Virus record (IMG/VR): IMGVR_UViG_3300005076_000003
Span: 1 to 64,000 of that record
DNA: 64,000 bases
Strand: one strand, 5' to 3'
Origin: a virus
Lineage: Duplodnaviria; Caudoviricetes
The position numbers and the translations under genes were made by a program. Shown here in pieces: positions 38,698-49,522 of the stretch. Position 1 is the stretch's first letter, and each line of letters opens with the position of its first letter. The notes beneath the pieces were generated by a model that was given only the letters and a program-made list of their open reading frames with translations, made no database searches and was not told where the DNA came from.

Positions 38698-38773
38698 TCC
38701 TCATAAACAAAGAAAGGAGAACACCTGTTAGAGTATTCTCCTTGTGTTAAAACTAATTACTTAACTTAATTGA

Positions 38774-38881
38774 TTAACTATTAACAGCTTCTTCAAGCTC
38801 TAAGAACGAATTAAGTTTAGCTACTGTTTCACCTAATTTTGATGTAGCAGTTAGTTTACCAATCTTATTCAAATCAGTCAT
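38774..38881 (-). pseudogene. Orphan C-terminal half of a GapR/DsbA-like gene
   Basis: MTDLNKIGKLTATSKLGETVAKLNSFLELEE aligns with the C-terminus of 39651-39881 (17 of 34 identical by hand). Confidence 0.8.
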
Positions 38882-39638
38882 TGTAGTCAACCTCCCAATT
38901 TATTAAAGCTTCATAAACTCTAGGATCAATCTGTTCTTTCCATTTATTAGCAACCTCTTTGATGTAGGTTTCTTTCGCTTGCTTGTAAGCTAGGAATGCA
39001 GACTCCTCGCACTGGTGTAATCCTAAAAATACAGATTTACCTTTTATACTCAGAGATGCAGAATATTTTAATAAAGCTTTATTAAAATAGACACCTAAAG
39101 GTTGCTCTCCTCTGTGGTTTTTTCTTAAAGTGAATAACCCATTAATCTCTTGAGGTACAAAACAACAAGTTGTTTCACTATACACCTTATTACCTTTCAC
39201 CAAAATATCCTTATCTAAGTGGAACAGTGCCCCTTTTTCATCTATAGAGTTAAAACCAACTTGCTTATTACACCAATCTTTGAAATAAGTAAAGTATTTA
39301 AAGTTATCAGATACTTTACAATCTACGTATGTGGTACAATGGTATTGTTGAGACTTTCTTTCATAGTAACACCTCTTTAACACCTCTACCCAAACAAGAT
39401 AGTGTGGTTTATCATCTTCAGATATTGTACAAAAACCTGTTACACCAACACCGAACACGCTAGGTAACAAGTAGTCTTTTACTTCTCCTTTGTTTATGCT
39501 TGATATATCAACACGGTATTCACAACCTGTACTTAAGAATCGTATTAGCCTTTTATTATCGTTCCCAGTCTTGCTCAATATCTTAAAAACTCCACAATTG
39601 TTGGAATGTACAGTGTCCCCAACTCGGTATCTACCCAC
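38874..39638 (-). mobile_element. HNH-family homing endonuclease
   Basis: WVEVLKRCY..HLDKDIL..YSETTCCFVP.EIN; paralog of 44103 and 59842. Confidence 0.85.
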
Positions 39639-39650
39639 CCCTTATACTCC

Positions 39651-39881
39651 TCAATCTAAGCTCTCAACTAACTCTGAAAACTCTGCCATTTTTAACATAG
39701 TTTCACCCAATTTCTGTGTTGCTTTTAATTTAGCTACCTTGTTCAAATTATTCCATTTTACTTCAGGTAATTCTTCATCTACTACAGTTTTAATATCTTT
39801 AAGTTCTTCGTTTAAAGTATCAATCTCTTGGTGAATTGAAATGATACGCTCTAGTAGTTGCTTTACTTTAGTTAAATTCAT
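39651..39881 (-). CDS. GapR/DUF2312/DsbA-like DNA-binding protein
   Basis: KQLLERI..EI..LNEELKDI pattern. Confidence 0.55.
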   Translation of the reverse strand: MNLTKVKQLLERIISIHQEIDTLNEELKDIKTVVDEELPEVKWNNLNKVAKLKATQKLGETMLKMAEFSELVESLD

Positions 39882-39950
39882 TTGTGTTACTCCTTAATTA
39901 ATTTAAATAGTGGAGAGCATATTGCTACACCCTCCGTTTGTTACATCAGA

Positions 39951-40913
39951 TTAGAACGGAATTTGATTCTCGTCATCTTCTTCAGGTACAGTTGTTGGTT
40001 TTGGTTGTGTAGGTTGTTTCACTACAGATTGTTCTTGTGATTCACCATTGTTCAAAGCTTCATACGCTTCAATTGCTTTCTGCATCTTACTACCTTGATA
40101 GTTGTTAGCTTGTTTAATCTTCTTAATGATACTACCACGAATACCAGCAGCTTTAAGAGATTCAACACTCACATCATCAAAAGAAATACCCACAGGATTA
40201 ACCAAAGAGTAATCAATCATTTTAGCTAAAGCAGAAGGTACAGAAGAAATCCCTTTCACATTAACATAAACCTTATCACCATCTTCTGTCTTAACAACAT
40301 CAACCATTAACGACTTACCTAAGATCAATCCAATATTGTTTAGATCATTCTTAACTGTACCATCTGTAATAGTGTTTTGACGTGTAACCTTAGCCAATTC
40401 AGTAAGCATCGAGTTAGGAGCAAATGTCCATACTCCACCTTGTTTTTGAGGTGGTACAACAGCTAACCCTAAACCTCGAATTTCTCCTTTCCAAGTTTTG
40501 TTAAGTAAAGCTCGATAAGGTTTTTGACCAATCTCGCTACCATAATCAATTACGTTACCAACAAGGTCAGCGAATACGGCAACTTCTTGACGATCTTTAG
40601 GTTGACGTACTTGAGCATTTACAATGAATTTATCTCCTTGCTCTACAATCTTAACTTTTTCAAAATCAGATTTCTTCAACATTGTTTCTACTTGTGCTAC
40701 TAGAGCTTCAGCTTCTTCTCGTGTATCAAACTCGGTTGATTTCTCAATATTAGCGGATAGTGGAGGAGTATGAATACCTAAGTCTACAATTTGAGAAATA
40801 ACAGCAGTGTGGTTATCTGTTTCAACTTGTTCATTAATTGCATTCCAATTAACTTGTGGAGCGTTGCTTGAGTGTTGTGTTGTGCTACCTTGTGGTTTTA
40901 GATTAAAACTCAT
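39951..40913 (-). CDS. ssDNA-binding/annealing protein
   Basis: QIVDLGIH motif, acidic tail ending IPF; replication-module position. Confidence 0.6.
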   Translation of the reverse strand: MSFNLKPQGSTTQHSSNAPQVNWNAINEQVETDNHTAVISQIVDLGIHTPPLSANIEKSTEFDTREEAEALVAQVETMLKKSDFEKVKIVEQGDKFIVNAQVRQPKDRQEVAVFADLVGNVIDYGSEIGQKPYRALLNKTWKGEIRGLGLAVVPPQKQGGVWTFAPNSMLTELAKVTRQNTITDGTVKNDLNNIGLILGKSLMVDVVKTEDGDKVYVNVKGISSVPSALAKMIDYSLVNPVGISFDDVSVESLKAAGIRGSIIKKIKQANNYQGSKMQKAIEAYEALNNGESQEQSVVKQPTQPKPTTVPEEDDENQIPF

Positions 40914-41020
40914 AATTTAATTTCCTTTGTTTGGTTGATTTAATATAATCAAATGTTCTTGATTATGAGGTGTATTGTATATCATCATTTAAACATACGC
41001 AACACCTTTTTCAAAATAAT

Positions 41021-41236
41021 TTAAATATTTTTACTAATATATTCACACATCCCTAAAACAAGCTCTGTGTAATCTGGTGTATCATACTCCCAACGTGTAC
41101 CAACATAAAAACCCTCACACCATTGCTCATATAACCTTTGTGCTCTGTTTACCTGATCAGGGCGACAGTTTAGTCTATCCCCATTTTTAATCAATTGTTC
41201 AGCGTACAACATTGTAAATATTACTGCATCATTCAT
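41021..41236 (-). CDS. Hypothetical protein
   Basis: ORF with RBS. Confidence 0.5.
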   Translation of the reverse strand: MNDAVIFTMLYAEQLIKNGDRLNCRPDQVNRAQRLYEQWCEGFYVGTRWEYDTPDYTELVLGMCEYISKNI

Positions 41237-41248
41237 TTCATACTCTCC

Positions 41249-41626
41249 TTATTTATTTGACATTCGTTGTAAAGTGTCTTTATGACGTTCTTTAACACTG
41301 TTCCAAGCTTGTTGTAGAACTTCGTTTGTGTACTGCAAGTTTTCATCATTATGCTGTGAGAACATATCCTCAACATCGACATCCCGAATCCAAACTAACC
41401 TTGTTGTCTCTGCTGTTTGTTTTGGGCTGTGTTGTATACCTCCAAGATGATGTTTTAATACTAATTGCATATCTGATGCAATCTTAATATTCTCCATTGT
41501 TTTAGGGACATCGACAACTTCTGCATCTAACCCATCGTACTGAGAGCAGATATAATTACTCAAAGCTTTGATGATGGTGCTTAGGTGATTCTTTTCAACT
41601 GTTAATTCATAAAATTGATCTTGCAT
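41249..41626 (-). CDS. Hypothetical protein
   Basis: ORF with AGGAG RBS. Confidence 0.55.
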   Translation of the reverse strand: MQDQFYELTVEKNHLSTIIKALSNYICSQYDGLDAEVVDVPKTMENIKIASDMQLVLKHHLGGIQHSPKQTAETTRLVWIRDVDVEDMFSQHNDENLQYTNEVLQQAWNSVKERHKDTLQRMSNK

Positions 41627-41638
41627 TTTGTTACTCCT

Positions 41639-44020
41639 TTAGTGACATCCAAACCAGTTCTTGTGTACGACCCATTCGTATCCAAGAGGTACTTTTAGTT
41701 TAACTTCTTCTACAGCCATGTCAATAGCTTTAGTGATTGCTTTTGATACAGGGTTTGGTAAAGCTATAACAAGTGTACCATTCTTACCCTCTACTGCGCT
41801 ACCTAACTGCTCGCCATCCCATGTTGATTCAAACTCTTTCAATTCATCTTCAGTTTTAAAGATTTTATATTGAATAAGTTTAGGGTTTACTGCTAATTGA
41901 CATTCATCGTGGTACTCAATCATACCACACATATCAATCGTTTTTTCCTTAAACGGGTTGCACTTATACCCTTGTTCCTCTAACAACTGATAGATAAATA
42001 TAGTAGCATACTTAGCACAAATAACACCTCCTGATTGAAATAAAGCATTTAGGAGCGAGTGCTTAGATCGAGTAACAATCTTACGTCCATCAACACCAAT
42101 TACAAATGATTTACCACGAGCTTCCCATGAACTTCCTACAGCGTCACGCAAGTTCTTCAACGGCTCTACAGCATCCCAATAAGCATCAAACAACGCCTTA
42201 GCCTGTTCATCTGTCAAACCTAGCATCTTCTTCAACTTCTGATAAGCAGCACCATACATTAATGCATACGATACAGATTTAGCTTGGTCACGAGGAATAC
42301 CTAACTTCTTAGCATTTAAGCTGTGAATGTCATTAGGCTTACTTGCAAGGAGTTGTTCAGCTAAATCATCTCCATTAAAAGGTAAGATATAATGCCCTTG
42401 TATACGAGCCTCTAAAGATGAAAAGTCAAACCCAAGTTGTACCATACCTTCACCACAACCGAACAAACTTCGCATTTCTTTACCATAAATAGAAGATGCT
42501 CGTGCAATATTACACACACCAATATGGCGGTAACGGTTTGTAGACGCTCCAATCTCGATAGCAGGGGTTGCCACACGACCATCAATATCACGGTACATGG
42601 ATAAGAAACCAGTGTTAGGAGCTTCTTCATCGAAGTCCATATCGTCAATATCACCACCAGCAATACTACTTTTACGATGTCGGTAAGTTAAGTACAATGA
42701 AAAGTCATTAGCAAATGCAACCTTATCTCCAAGAGCGACTAAGTTCGGACAAAGTTCTTTCTCTACCCCTACACGTACAGCAGGGGATGTAGGAATACGA
42801 ACAGGTTTGTTATCCGCTAACTTCTTTAACAACTTAGCCCGTATAGATGCTTTATTGTAACCCATATCCAACTCAAGTAGACGAGCTTCTTTATACTTAC
42901 CCTCATCAAATGTTTGGTTTAACCAAGTGTCCGTAGCAGCAACTCGTTTCTCATAAGAAATTGATTGCTTCTTAGAGTCTTTAGTTAAATCCCTTACCTT
43001 AAACTCTGTAGGTTTCCACCCTAAGTTGATCAAGTGCATCTTAACATGATCTAGGTCATCAATGGACGCTGTCTCGTGGGTTTCAATTGGCTCTTCAAAA
43101 GGCATCTTACGGGCATAACCGTTGTAGATAAACAAATCGTCATCAATTTCAGCACCATGTTTTGCAGCAAAGTTTTTCATGTGTGCAGTAGGTGTGCCAT
43201 CTTGCTTCAGTTGGTTTTTAGGTGGAGTGTAAGCTTTCAACGTACCTTTGTTCATTGGCTTAGGCGGTAAGATTGGATTAACCTTATCGGCTAATGATTG
43301 CATCTTTTCTTGTAAATTTTCAAGACATGCAATAGCAGCTTCTTTATCAAACCAAAAACCATAAGATTCTCGTCTAATAGCTAAGTCAGCTAACTTGTTT
43401 TCAAGTTTTTCAGGTTTAGCCCATTTAGGGTAAGAGGTAAACTCTTGCTCTAACTCTAAATAAACAAGCTTCGTTACTAAAGTATCTTGTTGACAGTAAC
43501 TAAGCATAATATCTGAATACTGTCTGAACTCCTCGCCTTTTGGTGTATTACTTGGGATTAATCCTGCATCAATAGATTGTTGGCGGAAGTCATCTTTAAA
43601 ACTACCTAAACGTTTACCCCAAGCTTCAAGTGAGTGACCACCATAACGGTCAGGGTTAAACAGACGAGAACGAATTAATGTGTCTGTAATCTTAACTTCC
43701 TTACCAAACAACTTATCAGGTTTGCCAAGATAACCGACTTCATAGTCCAACACACCGAATAAATCCAAAGCAATAAAGTCGAACTTAATGCCATTGTGTG
43801 CAATAACTTCTGTACAACCTTCAAACGCTTTCTGTACTTGATCTTTAGTGATCGTGCTTCCTGTTGGACTGAATAACGATACTGTTTCATCCGTATCTAC
43901 GTCACGGACAACGACACACCATAAACGAGCTTCATTGTTCATCTTGTATGGCAATGTTGAAAAATCTAGCATGTTTGCTAGTAAATTATTTGCTTCAATG
44001 TCTACTACTAATCTTTTCAC
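41639..44020 (-). CDS. DNA polymerase family A (T7-like, with 3'-5' exonuclease)
   Basis: VDIEAN, HNGIKFD, YCQQD; motif A FDFSSLE, motif B AKSVSYALMYG, motif C YHDE. Confidence 0.96.
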   Translation of the reverse strand: MKRLVVDIEANNLLANMLDFSTLPYKMNNEARLWCVVVRDVDTDETVSLFSPTGSTITKDQVQKAFEGCTEVIAHNGIKFDFIALDLFGVLDYEVGYLGKPDKLFGKEVKITDTLIRSRLFNPDRYGGHSLEAWGKRLGSFKDDFRQQSIDAGLIPSNTPKGEEFRQYSDIMLSYCQQDTLVTKLVYLELEQEFTSYPKWAKPEKLENKLADLAIRRESYGFWFDKEAAIACLENLQEKMQSLADKVNPILPPKPMNKGTLKAYTPPKNQLKQDGTPTAHMKNFAAKHGAEIDDDLFIYNGYARKMPFEEPIETHETASIDDLDHVKMHLINLGWKPTEFKVRDLTKDSKKQSISYEKRVAATDTWLNQTFDEGKYKEARLLELDMGYNKASIRAKLLKKLADNKPVRIPTSPAVRVGVEKELCPNLVALGDKVAFANDFSLYLTYRHRKSSIAGGDIDDMDFDEEAPNTGFLSMYRDIDGRVATPAIEIGASTNRYRHIGVCNIARASSIYGKEMRSLFGCGEGMVQLGFDFSSLEARIQGHYILPFNGDDLAEQLLASKPNDIHSLNAKKLGIPRDQAKSVSYALMYGAAYQKLKKMLGLTDEQAKALFDAYWDAVEPLKNLRDAVGSSWEARGKSFVIGVDGRKIVTRSKHSLLNALFQSGGVICAKYATIFIYQLLEEQGYKCNPFKEKTIDMCGMIEYHDECQLAVNPKLIQYKIFKTEDELKEFESTWDGEQLGSAVEGKNGTLVIALPNPVSKAITKAIDMAVEEVKLKVPLGYEWVVHKNWFGCH

Positions 44021-44102
44021 TTTTACTCCTTATAAAACGCAAAAGAACAGATGAAGCAATAATACCTCATCTGTTCTAGTGTTGTCTATACGTGTTTACA
44101 CA

Positions 44103-44873
44103 TTAGTCAGTTATTTCTACCTCATACTTCATTAAAGCTTCATAAACTCTTGGGTCAATTTGATCTTTCCATTTGTTAGCTACCTCTTTGATGTAAGCTT
44201 CTTTTGCTTCTTTGTAAGCTAAGAACGCACCTTCAGGTGTGCTAGAGTACCCAAACTTTCTACGATCTTTCCCTACATTTAATTGGGCGAAAAAGTTACC
44301 CCCTCTCTTGTCAACAGTTACTCCGATAGGATACGCACCTCTGTGGTTTTGTCTCTTAGTTAAAAGATTGTTAATCTCTCTTGGAACTAGCACACAAGTA
44401 TCTTCACTGTACACCTTATTGTCTTTTACTAAAATATCTTTATCTAAAAACCAATCATTATCTGCACCGATCTGACTAACATACCAATTTTGAAAATAAG
44501 TGTAATCTGTAAAATTGTCAGATACAGTACATCCTACATAAGTCGGGCACTTCAACTTATGATCATCAGCGTAACATCTTTGAAGCATGTTGCGCCAAGC
44601 ATGGTATTCCTTTCTAATCTTACCGTTTAACTTTACAGGGGCATCGCCTACAAAACCAACCCCACACACTGTTGGAGCATACCGATCTTTAACCCCTCCT
44701 GATTTAATATCACTAATACGAGCAATTGTGTGGTTTCCAGTGTTTAAAAATTTAACTAGAACATCATTCCATTTTCGGTAATCAACAATGATCAAATCAC
44801 CGTAATTCTTTGTTGGATATACTTTACCATCTTGAATTTTCTTGTTTATTTCATGTCGCCCGTTACTTCCCAC
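44103..44873 (-). mobile_element. HNH-family homing endonuclease
   Basis: WRNMLQRCY..FLDKDIL..YSEDTCVLVP.EIN. Confidence 0.85.
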
Positions 44874-44885
44874 GTTTCACCTCCT

Positions 44886-46757
44886 TTAAAAATTAGTTTT
44901 TTGGTTTAGTAAAAAAGTTTCTAGGTTATATTGTTTACGAGTTAACGGGTCATAATATAACTTACAAACATCACTACCTGTTAAACCTCCACGACACTTA
45001 GGCATGTCTACATAAGTTGTATTCTTAATAATTGGGTCACTTGCCATTTTATTACGATTTAACACAATGTTAATATCAGCAGATTGTGGGATAGTCCCGC
45101 TACCCAAGATGTCATACTCCGAAACACGTTTAAACTTAGTATCATCTTTCACCTCATCTTGCTTTTTGCTACCCATTTCAGGTGACGCTGCGTTTTTGGT
45201 AGTGTGCAGTACGTTCACAAATATAGCACCTTCTTTCTTCATTTGTTTCTGCCAAAGCATGTGCTCTTCTTGCTTATCCAAAGGTAAAGATCGAATTACG
45301 TCCGTCAATACATCAAGTACAAAAAGCCGAGAACCTAGACTCTTCATAGCTTTTTCCAACTGCTTTTCAAGTTCTTTAATATCCCCTGTGCGAGAATCAA
45401 TGATGTGAAAACGAGGTTGTCCGTACTCGTCAACTAGCATATCTTCACACATAGTCTTAACGTCTTCTCGATCTAAGTAAGCTAAAGCGTCTCTCCCGTC
45501 CTCAAACCAAGTCAAGTTCTGCTCAATGTGGTATGAATATAAATCTAAGATTAACTCAGAAGCGGTACGCTCAATTGTCAAAACTGTAGGTACTAGAGGA
45601 CTATGGTAAATCCAATGGTGTAAAAGGGTATCTGAGAAAAACGACTTACCGATAGATGTTAAACCGATAATGTTTACTATCGCCCCACTTGATTTGATAC
45701 CTCCTCTCATAGCTGTTTGTAGTTCGTGCATTTGTGGTGGAAGTGTAATCTTCTCAGCCAATAAGTGTTCACGAACCCCTTGCGCGGCATCTACAGATGT
45801 CATTATTCCAGTTGAAATTAAAGGTTTTGCGCTATAAAAATCACTGATAAATTGTTTCTGTTTTCCTGTTTGTAGCATCTCAGAGCAGTCTTTAAGTGAA
45901 GTTACCATGACCTTTACTTTGTTCTCTGGCAGAACTTTAATAGCTTCTTGCACAGCTTTACGCCCAGCTTCGTCATTGTCCATACAAAGAATAACTTCTT
46001 CGAAACTATCAATGAAATCATAACTATTCGCACAAACTTTAGATAAGGTTGCTTCACCACAATGAATACCAACAACAGCAATGCGGTCATAATCTTCTTG
46101 TTTACGTTGAATTTGATAATCACGTAGCATTTGAGCAGCAGCTAATTTGTCTTCTTCACCACCAACAATCAGTAACCACTTTCCTCCTGAAGTAAACTTA
46201 TGACTTCCGCTCAAATCATTGCTAGTACCAACTATACCAATGTTGTGACGACCAAACGCTTTAGGTAAATCTCGTGACTTGTAACCACGTAAAGAATTTA
46301 GCTCACCTTTGAACGTTGACTTAGTTTCAGGATAATACGTTCGTATAATTTCACCACTAGAATCACGCTCGAATAAATGACCGTAGAAGTGCGCTGTTTC
46401 AGGTTTAATTGAACGATATAGACTACCATCCTTCATAGTCGTATCGTGGTTAGAACGAGCAATAAGAGCTTTGTACTCATCTTTTGTAATAGCTGTACGG
46501 GTAACAGGTTTTACTTTAGGAACAACGAACCCTTCTTCAAGAACTCCTTGCTCTTTCAGCATAGCTTCAGTCATATACTTATTCTCACAGCTAGGTGTAA
46601 AACAACTAGCATCAAGGTACTCTTCACCCTGCTCGTTATGCTTAACATAGACAACTAAATTATCCTGTGAACCACAGCTCTCACACGGGAACTTCCCAAG
46701 AACAGTACCCTGTACCAATTCTTTAACTTCTTTCGTATCTTTCATTTCTTTACTCAC
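44886..46757 (-). CDS. DNA primase-helicase (T7 gp4-like)
   Basis: CESCGS Zn finger, TOPRIM VGGEED..DND, Walker A GLTSIGKS, KCRGG. Confidence 0.93.
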   Translation of the reverse strand: MSKEMKDTKEVKELVQGTVLGKFPCESCGSQDNLVVYVKHNEQGEEYLDASCFTPSCENKYMTEAMLKEQGVLEEGFVVPKVKPVTRTAITKDEYKALIARSNHDTTMKDGSLYRSIKPETAHFYGHLFERDSSGEIIRTYYPETKSTFKGELNSLRGYKSRDLPKAFGRHNIGIVGTSNDLSGSHKFTSGGKWLLIVGGEEDKLAAAQMLRDYQIQRKQEDYDRIAVVGIHCGEATLSKVCANSYDFIDSFEEVILCMDNDEAGRKAVQEAIKVLPENKVKVMVTSLKDCSEMLQTGKQKQFISDFYSAKPLISTGIMTSVDAAQGVREHLLAEKITLPPQMHELQTAMRGGIKSSGAIVNIIGLTSIGKSFFSDTLLHHWIYHSPLVPTVLTIERTASELILDLYSYHIEQNLTWFEDGRDALAYLDREDVKTMCEDMLVDEYGQPRFHIIDSRTGDIKELEKQLEKAMKSLGSRLFVLDVLTDVIRSLPLDKQEEHMLWQKQMKKEGAIFVNVLHTTKNAASPEMGSKKQDEVKDDTKFKRVSEYDILGSGTIPQSADINIVLNRNKMASDPIIKNTTYVDMPKCRGGLTGSDVCKLYYDPLTRKQYNLETFLLNQKTNF

Positions 46758-46770
46758 AATATTCTCCTAA

Positions 46771-47097
46771 TTAAATCGTGTCACGCTCTTTCAAAGCTTC
46801 CAAAGCTAATTGTAAGTTTAGAATTTGATCTTTTAATCGATCTTCTAAATTGTCTACAGCGCAATGTTCTTCTAACTTTTCTTCCAAAGGACACCAGTCG
46901 TAATAAATCTCGTTTGTATAAATATCGCAAAATTCTGATTGTGTAAATTTTATGAAGTTACCAAAATCAGTTAATACTTCGTACTCCCTACGCTCAGGTT
47001 GAGAGTATTGAAAGATACCTGTTACAACACCGAAACCAACCATCAACCCTTGTTTAGGTGCTACTCGACTACCAATAACAACTTTATCCAAATACAT
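46771..47097 (-). CDS. Hypothetical protein
   Basis: AGGAG RBS; first gene of the leftward operon. Confidence 0.6.
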   Translation of the reverse strand: MYLDKVVIGSRVAPKQGLMVGFGVVTGIFQYSQPERREYEVLTDFGNFIKFTQSEFCDIYTNEIYYDWCPLEEKLEEHCAVDNLEDRLKDQILNLQLALEALKERDTI

Positions 47098-47148
47098 TTT
47101 GTTCTCCTTAGAACTTCTTTGCTCAATGTGAGCATCTTCGATACGAGC

Positions 47149-47626
47149 ATCCTACACCCAACACCTCAATTCTGTCAACACCAATGTTGGATTAATTTAC
47201 ACAGGTTAATTACTAATCAAATAGTAAAACTAAATTCATTTGTAAAACATCATCTTAACAAATCTCTTACTTCTGAAGGGGGTTGACAAGATAAAAGGTC
47301 AGCCCTATACTGAACTGAGGGGAAGGGGAGGAAGTTAGTTATTTAAAACAAATAATATTACTATATTGAATACATGAGCTATGTATGATCATATGATATA
47401 TAATTAATTAAATATATTTATACTAATTATATAACTTATAGTATACCTAAAGTATTACATTTAGTTTACTATTAAGTATTAACTATACATACTGTATTAG
47501 ATATATAACTATAATTAATATAAGATATGTATATACATTATTTTGTGTTATCAATTATAAATATATTAAAATATATGTTGTTTTATCATCATAGGTGTTG
47601 ACATCATATTTGTGTTTGTGTAATAT
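47149..47626. promoter_or_regulatory. Divergent promoter region with very AT-rich core (possible origin)
   Basis: - strand TTGACA-18-TAGGAT (47149-47178); + strand TTGACA-17-TATACT (47283-47311) and TTGACA-17-TAATAT (47598-47626). Confidence 0.7.
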
Positions 47627-47653
47627 CTAAATAATCAAATAAGGAGATGTGTT

Positions 47654-48247
47654 ATGATTTTTGAAGACTTACATAAAATGATGTTAAATGTAAACAAAGA
47701 TAGTTTAGATAAATCCATTGCTGACTGTCATGTTAAAGATGTGTTTTCTTTGGTTGTTGGCGGTACAGAGCATGGTAATCTTACTCGTGTGTTCATTGCA
47801 ACAAAGAAGATTAGACCGTTTGATATTCAATTTCACTCACACCGTTATGGTTTAAGAATAGGGGTTATTAACGGTGTGTTTGAACACCATGTGGCTATTA
47901 AAGCCAAAGGTAAATCCAACACTAATCGCGTCGGTTTAATTGAGTATGACTACAAATCACCTTTGAATGGTGGAAACGGGTTAACTAAGATTGGTCAAGG
48001 TGTTTACGACCTTACTTCTTATAAAGTTCCTGTTGGTGGAGAGATGTATTTACCACACGATTTAGTTCACTCTGTTTCGTGTTCCAAAGGTTCTATGTGG
48101 GTTGTGCAAGAGTTAGGTTTTAGAGATGATTCTAGTGTTGTGTTAGGAACAGATTTCTCAACAGTAGGTTTGTACAATGCACCAAAACAGTTTCAAGTGA
48201 ACAATATGTACGAACAAGTGCTTGAGAAATTGAAGAAGTTAGTTTAA
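47654..48247 (+). CDS. Cupin-fold protein
   Basis: FHSHRY..H and GGEMYLPHDLVHSV. Confidence 0.5.
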   Translation: MIFEDLHKMMLNVNKDSLDKSIADCHVKDVFSLVVGGTEHGNLTRVFIATKKIRPFDIQFHSHRYGLRIGVINGVFEHHVAIKAKGKSNTNRVGLIEYDYKSPLNGGNGLTKIGQGVYDLTSYKVPVGGEMYLPHDLVHSVSCSKGSMWVVQELGFRDDSSVVLGTDFSTVGLYNAPKQFQVNNMYEQVLEKLKKLV

Positions 48248-48258
48248 GGTAGATTGAT

Positions 48259-48543
48259 ATGAACAGCATATACCAAGAGACTATCAACAAACTTAAAAAT
48301 GAATTAGATTATCATCCATTACTAGAAGAAGCTTGCAAGCTTCTTGTTTTAAAACATAACCCTTGTCCAAGTCAATGTAATTTAGAATATTACTACTTTA
48401 ATGGAACTAACAAACTTAAGAAGGTTTATATAAAAATTGATGATATTATTCATGCAATTGTTTTCTGTGGTAACATTGTGATGAATGATGATCCAAATGT
48501 GTTAGTACATACAAAACCGTATATAATTTATTTAGGAGATTGA
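48259..48543 (+). CDS. Hypothetical protein
   Basis: ORF in operon. Confidence 0.5.
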   Translation: MNSIYQETINKLKNELDYHPLLEEACKLLVLKHNPCPSQCNLEYYYFNGTNKLKKVYIKIDDIIHAIVFCGNIVMNDDPNVLVHTKPYIIYLGD

Positions 48544-48544
48544 G

Positions 48545-48820
48545 ATGGGTTTATGGGCTAGAGCGATAATTGTGTGTAGTAAACCTAAAAAGATTAATTT
48601 AAAAAGCGTTGTCAGTGAAAGTTTAAAGAGTAATTTTGGAAAATTAGATGAAACTTGCATTTCTTCAAGATATTCAAAAGAGAAAGGGGTTGTTGTTGAT
48701 ATAAGTACCACACATGTTGGTGAGATATTTAACCAAATCATAGAGCAGATGATTAACGATCTTAAAAAAGAAGACGTTGGTTATTTTTATGTAGAGGTGG
48801 AAAGCAACTATTATATTTAG
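48545..48820 (+). CDS. Hypothetical protein
   Basis: ORF in operon. Confidence 0.55.
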   Translation: MGLWARAIIVCSKPKKINLKSVVSESLKSNFGKLDETCISSRYSKEKGVVVDISTTHVGEIFNQIIEQMINDLKKEDVGYFYVEVESNYYI

Positions 48821-48921
48821 GTTGTGCTTAATTTGACAACCTTGTTGCATTAGGTTAACATACACATAAGGAGAAGCTAAATGCTTCTCCTTTTTTATTA
48901 ACATGAATACAGGAATTAATT

Positions 48922-49416
48922 TTGACATATATTAAACAAATACATAAACACTTAACAACCGCTATCAAATGTGCTGTTATTGCTCTCTCATTGTCACTTG
49001 TAGCGACTTTACAGGCTAAGGGCATAAATGATAGCTCTCAAACACAAACACTCTCTAAACGTCAAATAGAGTGCTTATCAAAAGCAGCTTACTTTGAGAG
49101 TAAAGGAGAAAGTGATAAAGGAATGTTAGCGGTCATACACACAACACTGAATAGGGTTAAAGACAACAGATTCCCCAAGACAGTTTGTGGTGTAGTGTAT
49201 CAAAAATCTCAATATTCTTGGACGAAGTACAATCCTAAAGTAAAAGAACAAGAGCAGTACGCAAGAGCTGAGAGATTAGCTAAAGAAGTTGTTGCTGGTA
49301 AACACAAAGATAACACTCAAGGTGCTTTGTATTTTAACTCATTACACCGAAAACCAAGTGGAACAGTGTGTACTGTAAGGATCGGAGGGCATAGTTTCTA
49401 CAAACCTGTTAAATAG
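48922..49416 (+). CDS. SleB-like cell wall hydrolase with signal sequence
   Basis: CLSKAAYFESKGE..AV..LNRV..FPKTVCGVVYQ..QYSW, GALYF, IGGHSFY. Confidence 0.9.
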   Translation: MTYIKQIHKHLTTAIKCAVIALSLSLVATLQAKGINDSSQTQTLSKRQIECLSKAAYFESKGESDKGMLAVIHTTLNRVKDNRFPKTVCGVVYQKSQYSWTKYNPKVKEQEQYARAERLAKEVVAGKHKDNTQGALYFNSLHRKPSGTVCTVRIGGHSFYKPVK

Positions 49417-49522
49417 TTTAAATAAAATGTAATTTCATCTAATTAAAACCTTTACAATTTAAATCAGTTTATATATGATTGTTTTATCGAAATGATTGTG
49501 AAGGTTTTATAAGGAAAGAGTT

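Noticed and set aside
41249-41626. RLVWIRDVD as a duplicated DNA polymerase N-terminal fragment
   Set aside because: Short protein resemblance only; the DNA sequences are dissimilar and no endonuclease is adjacent
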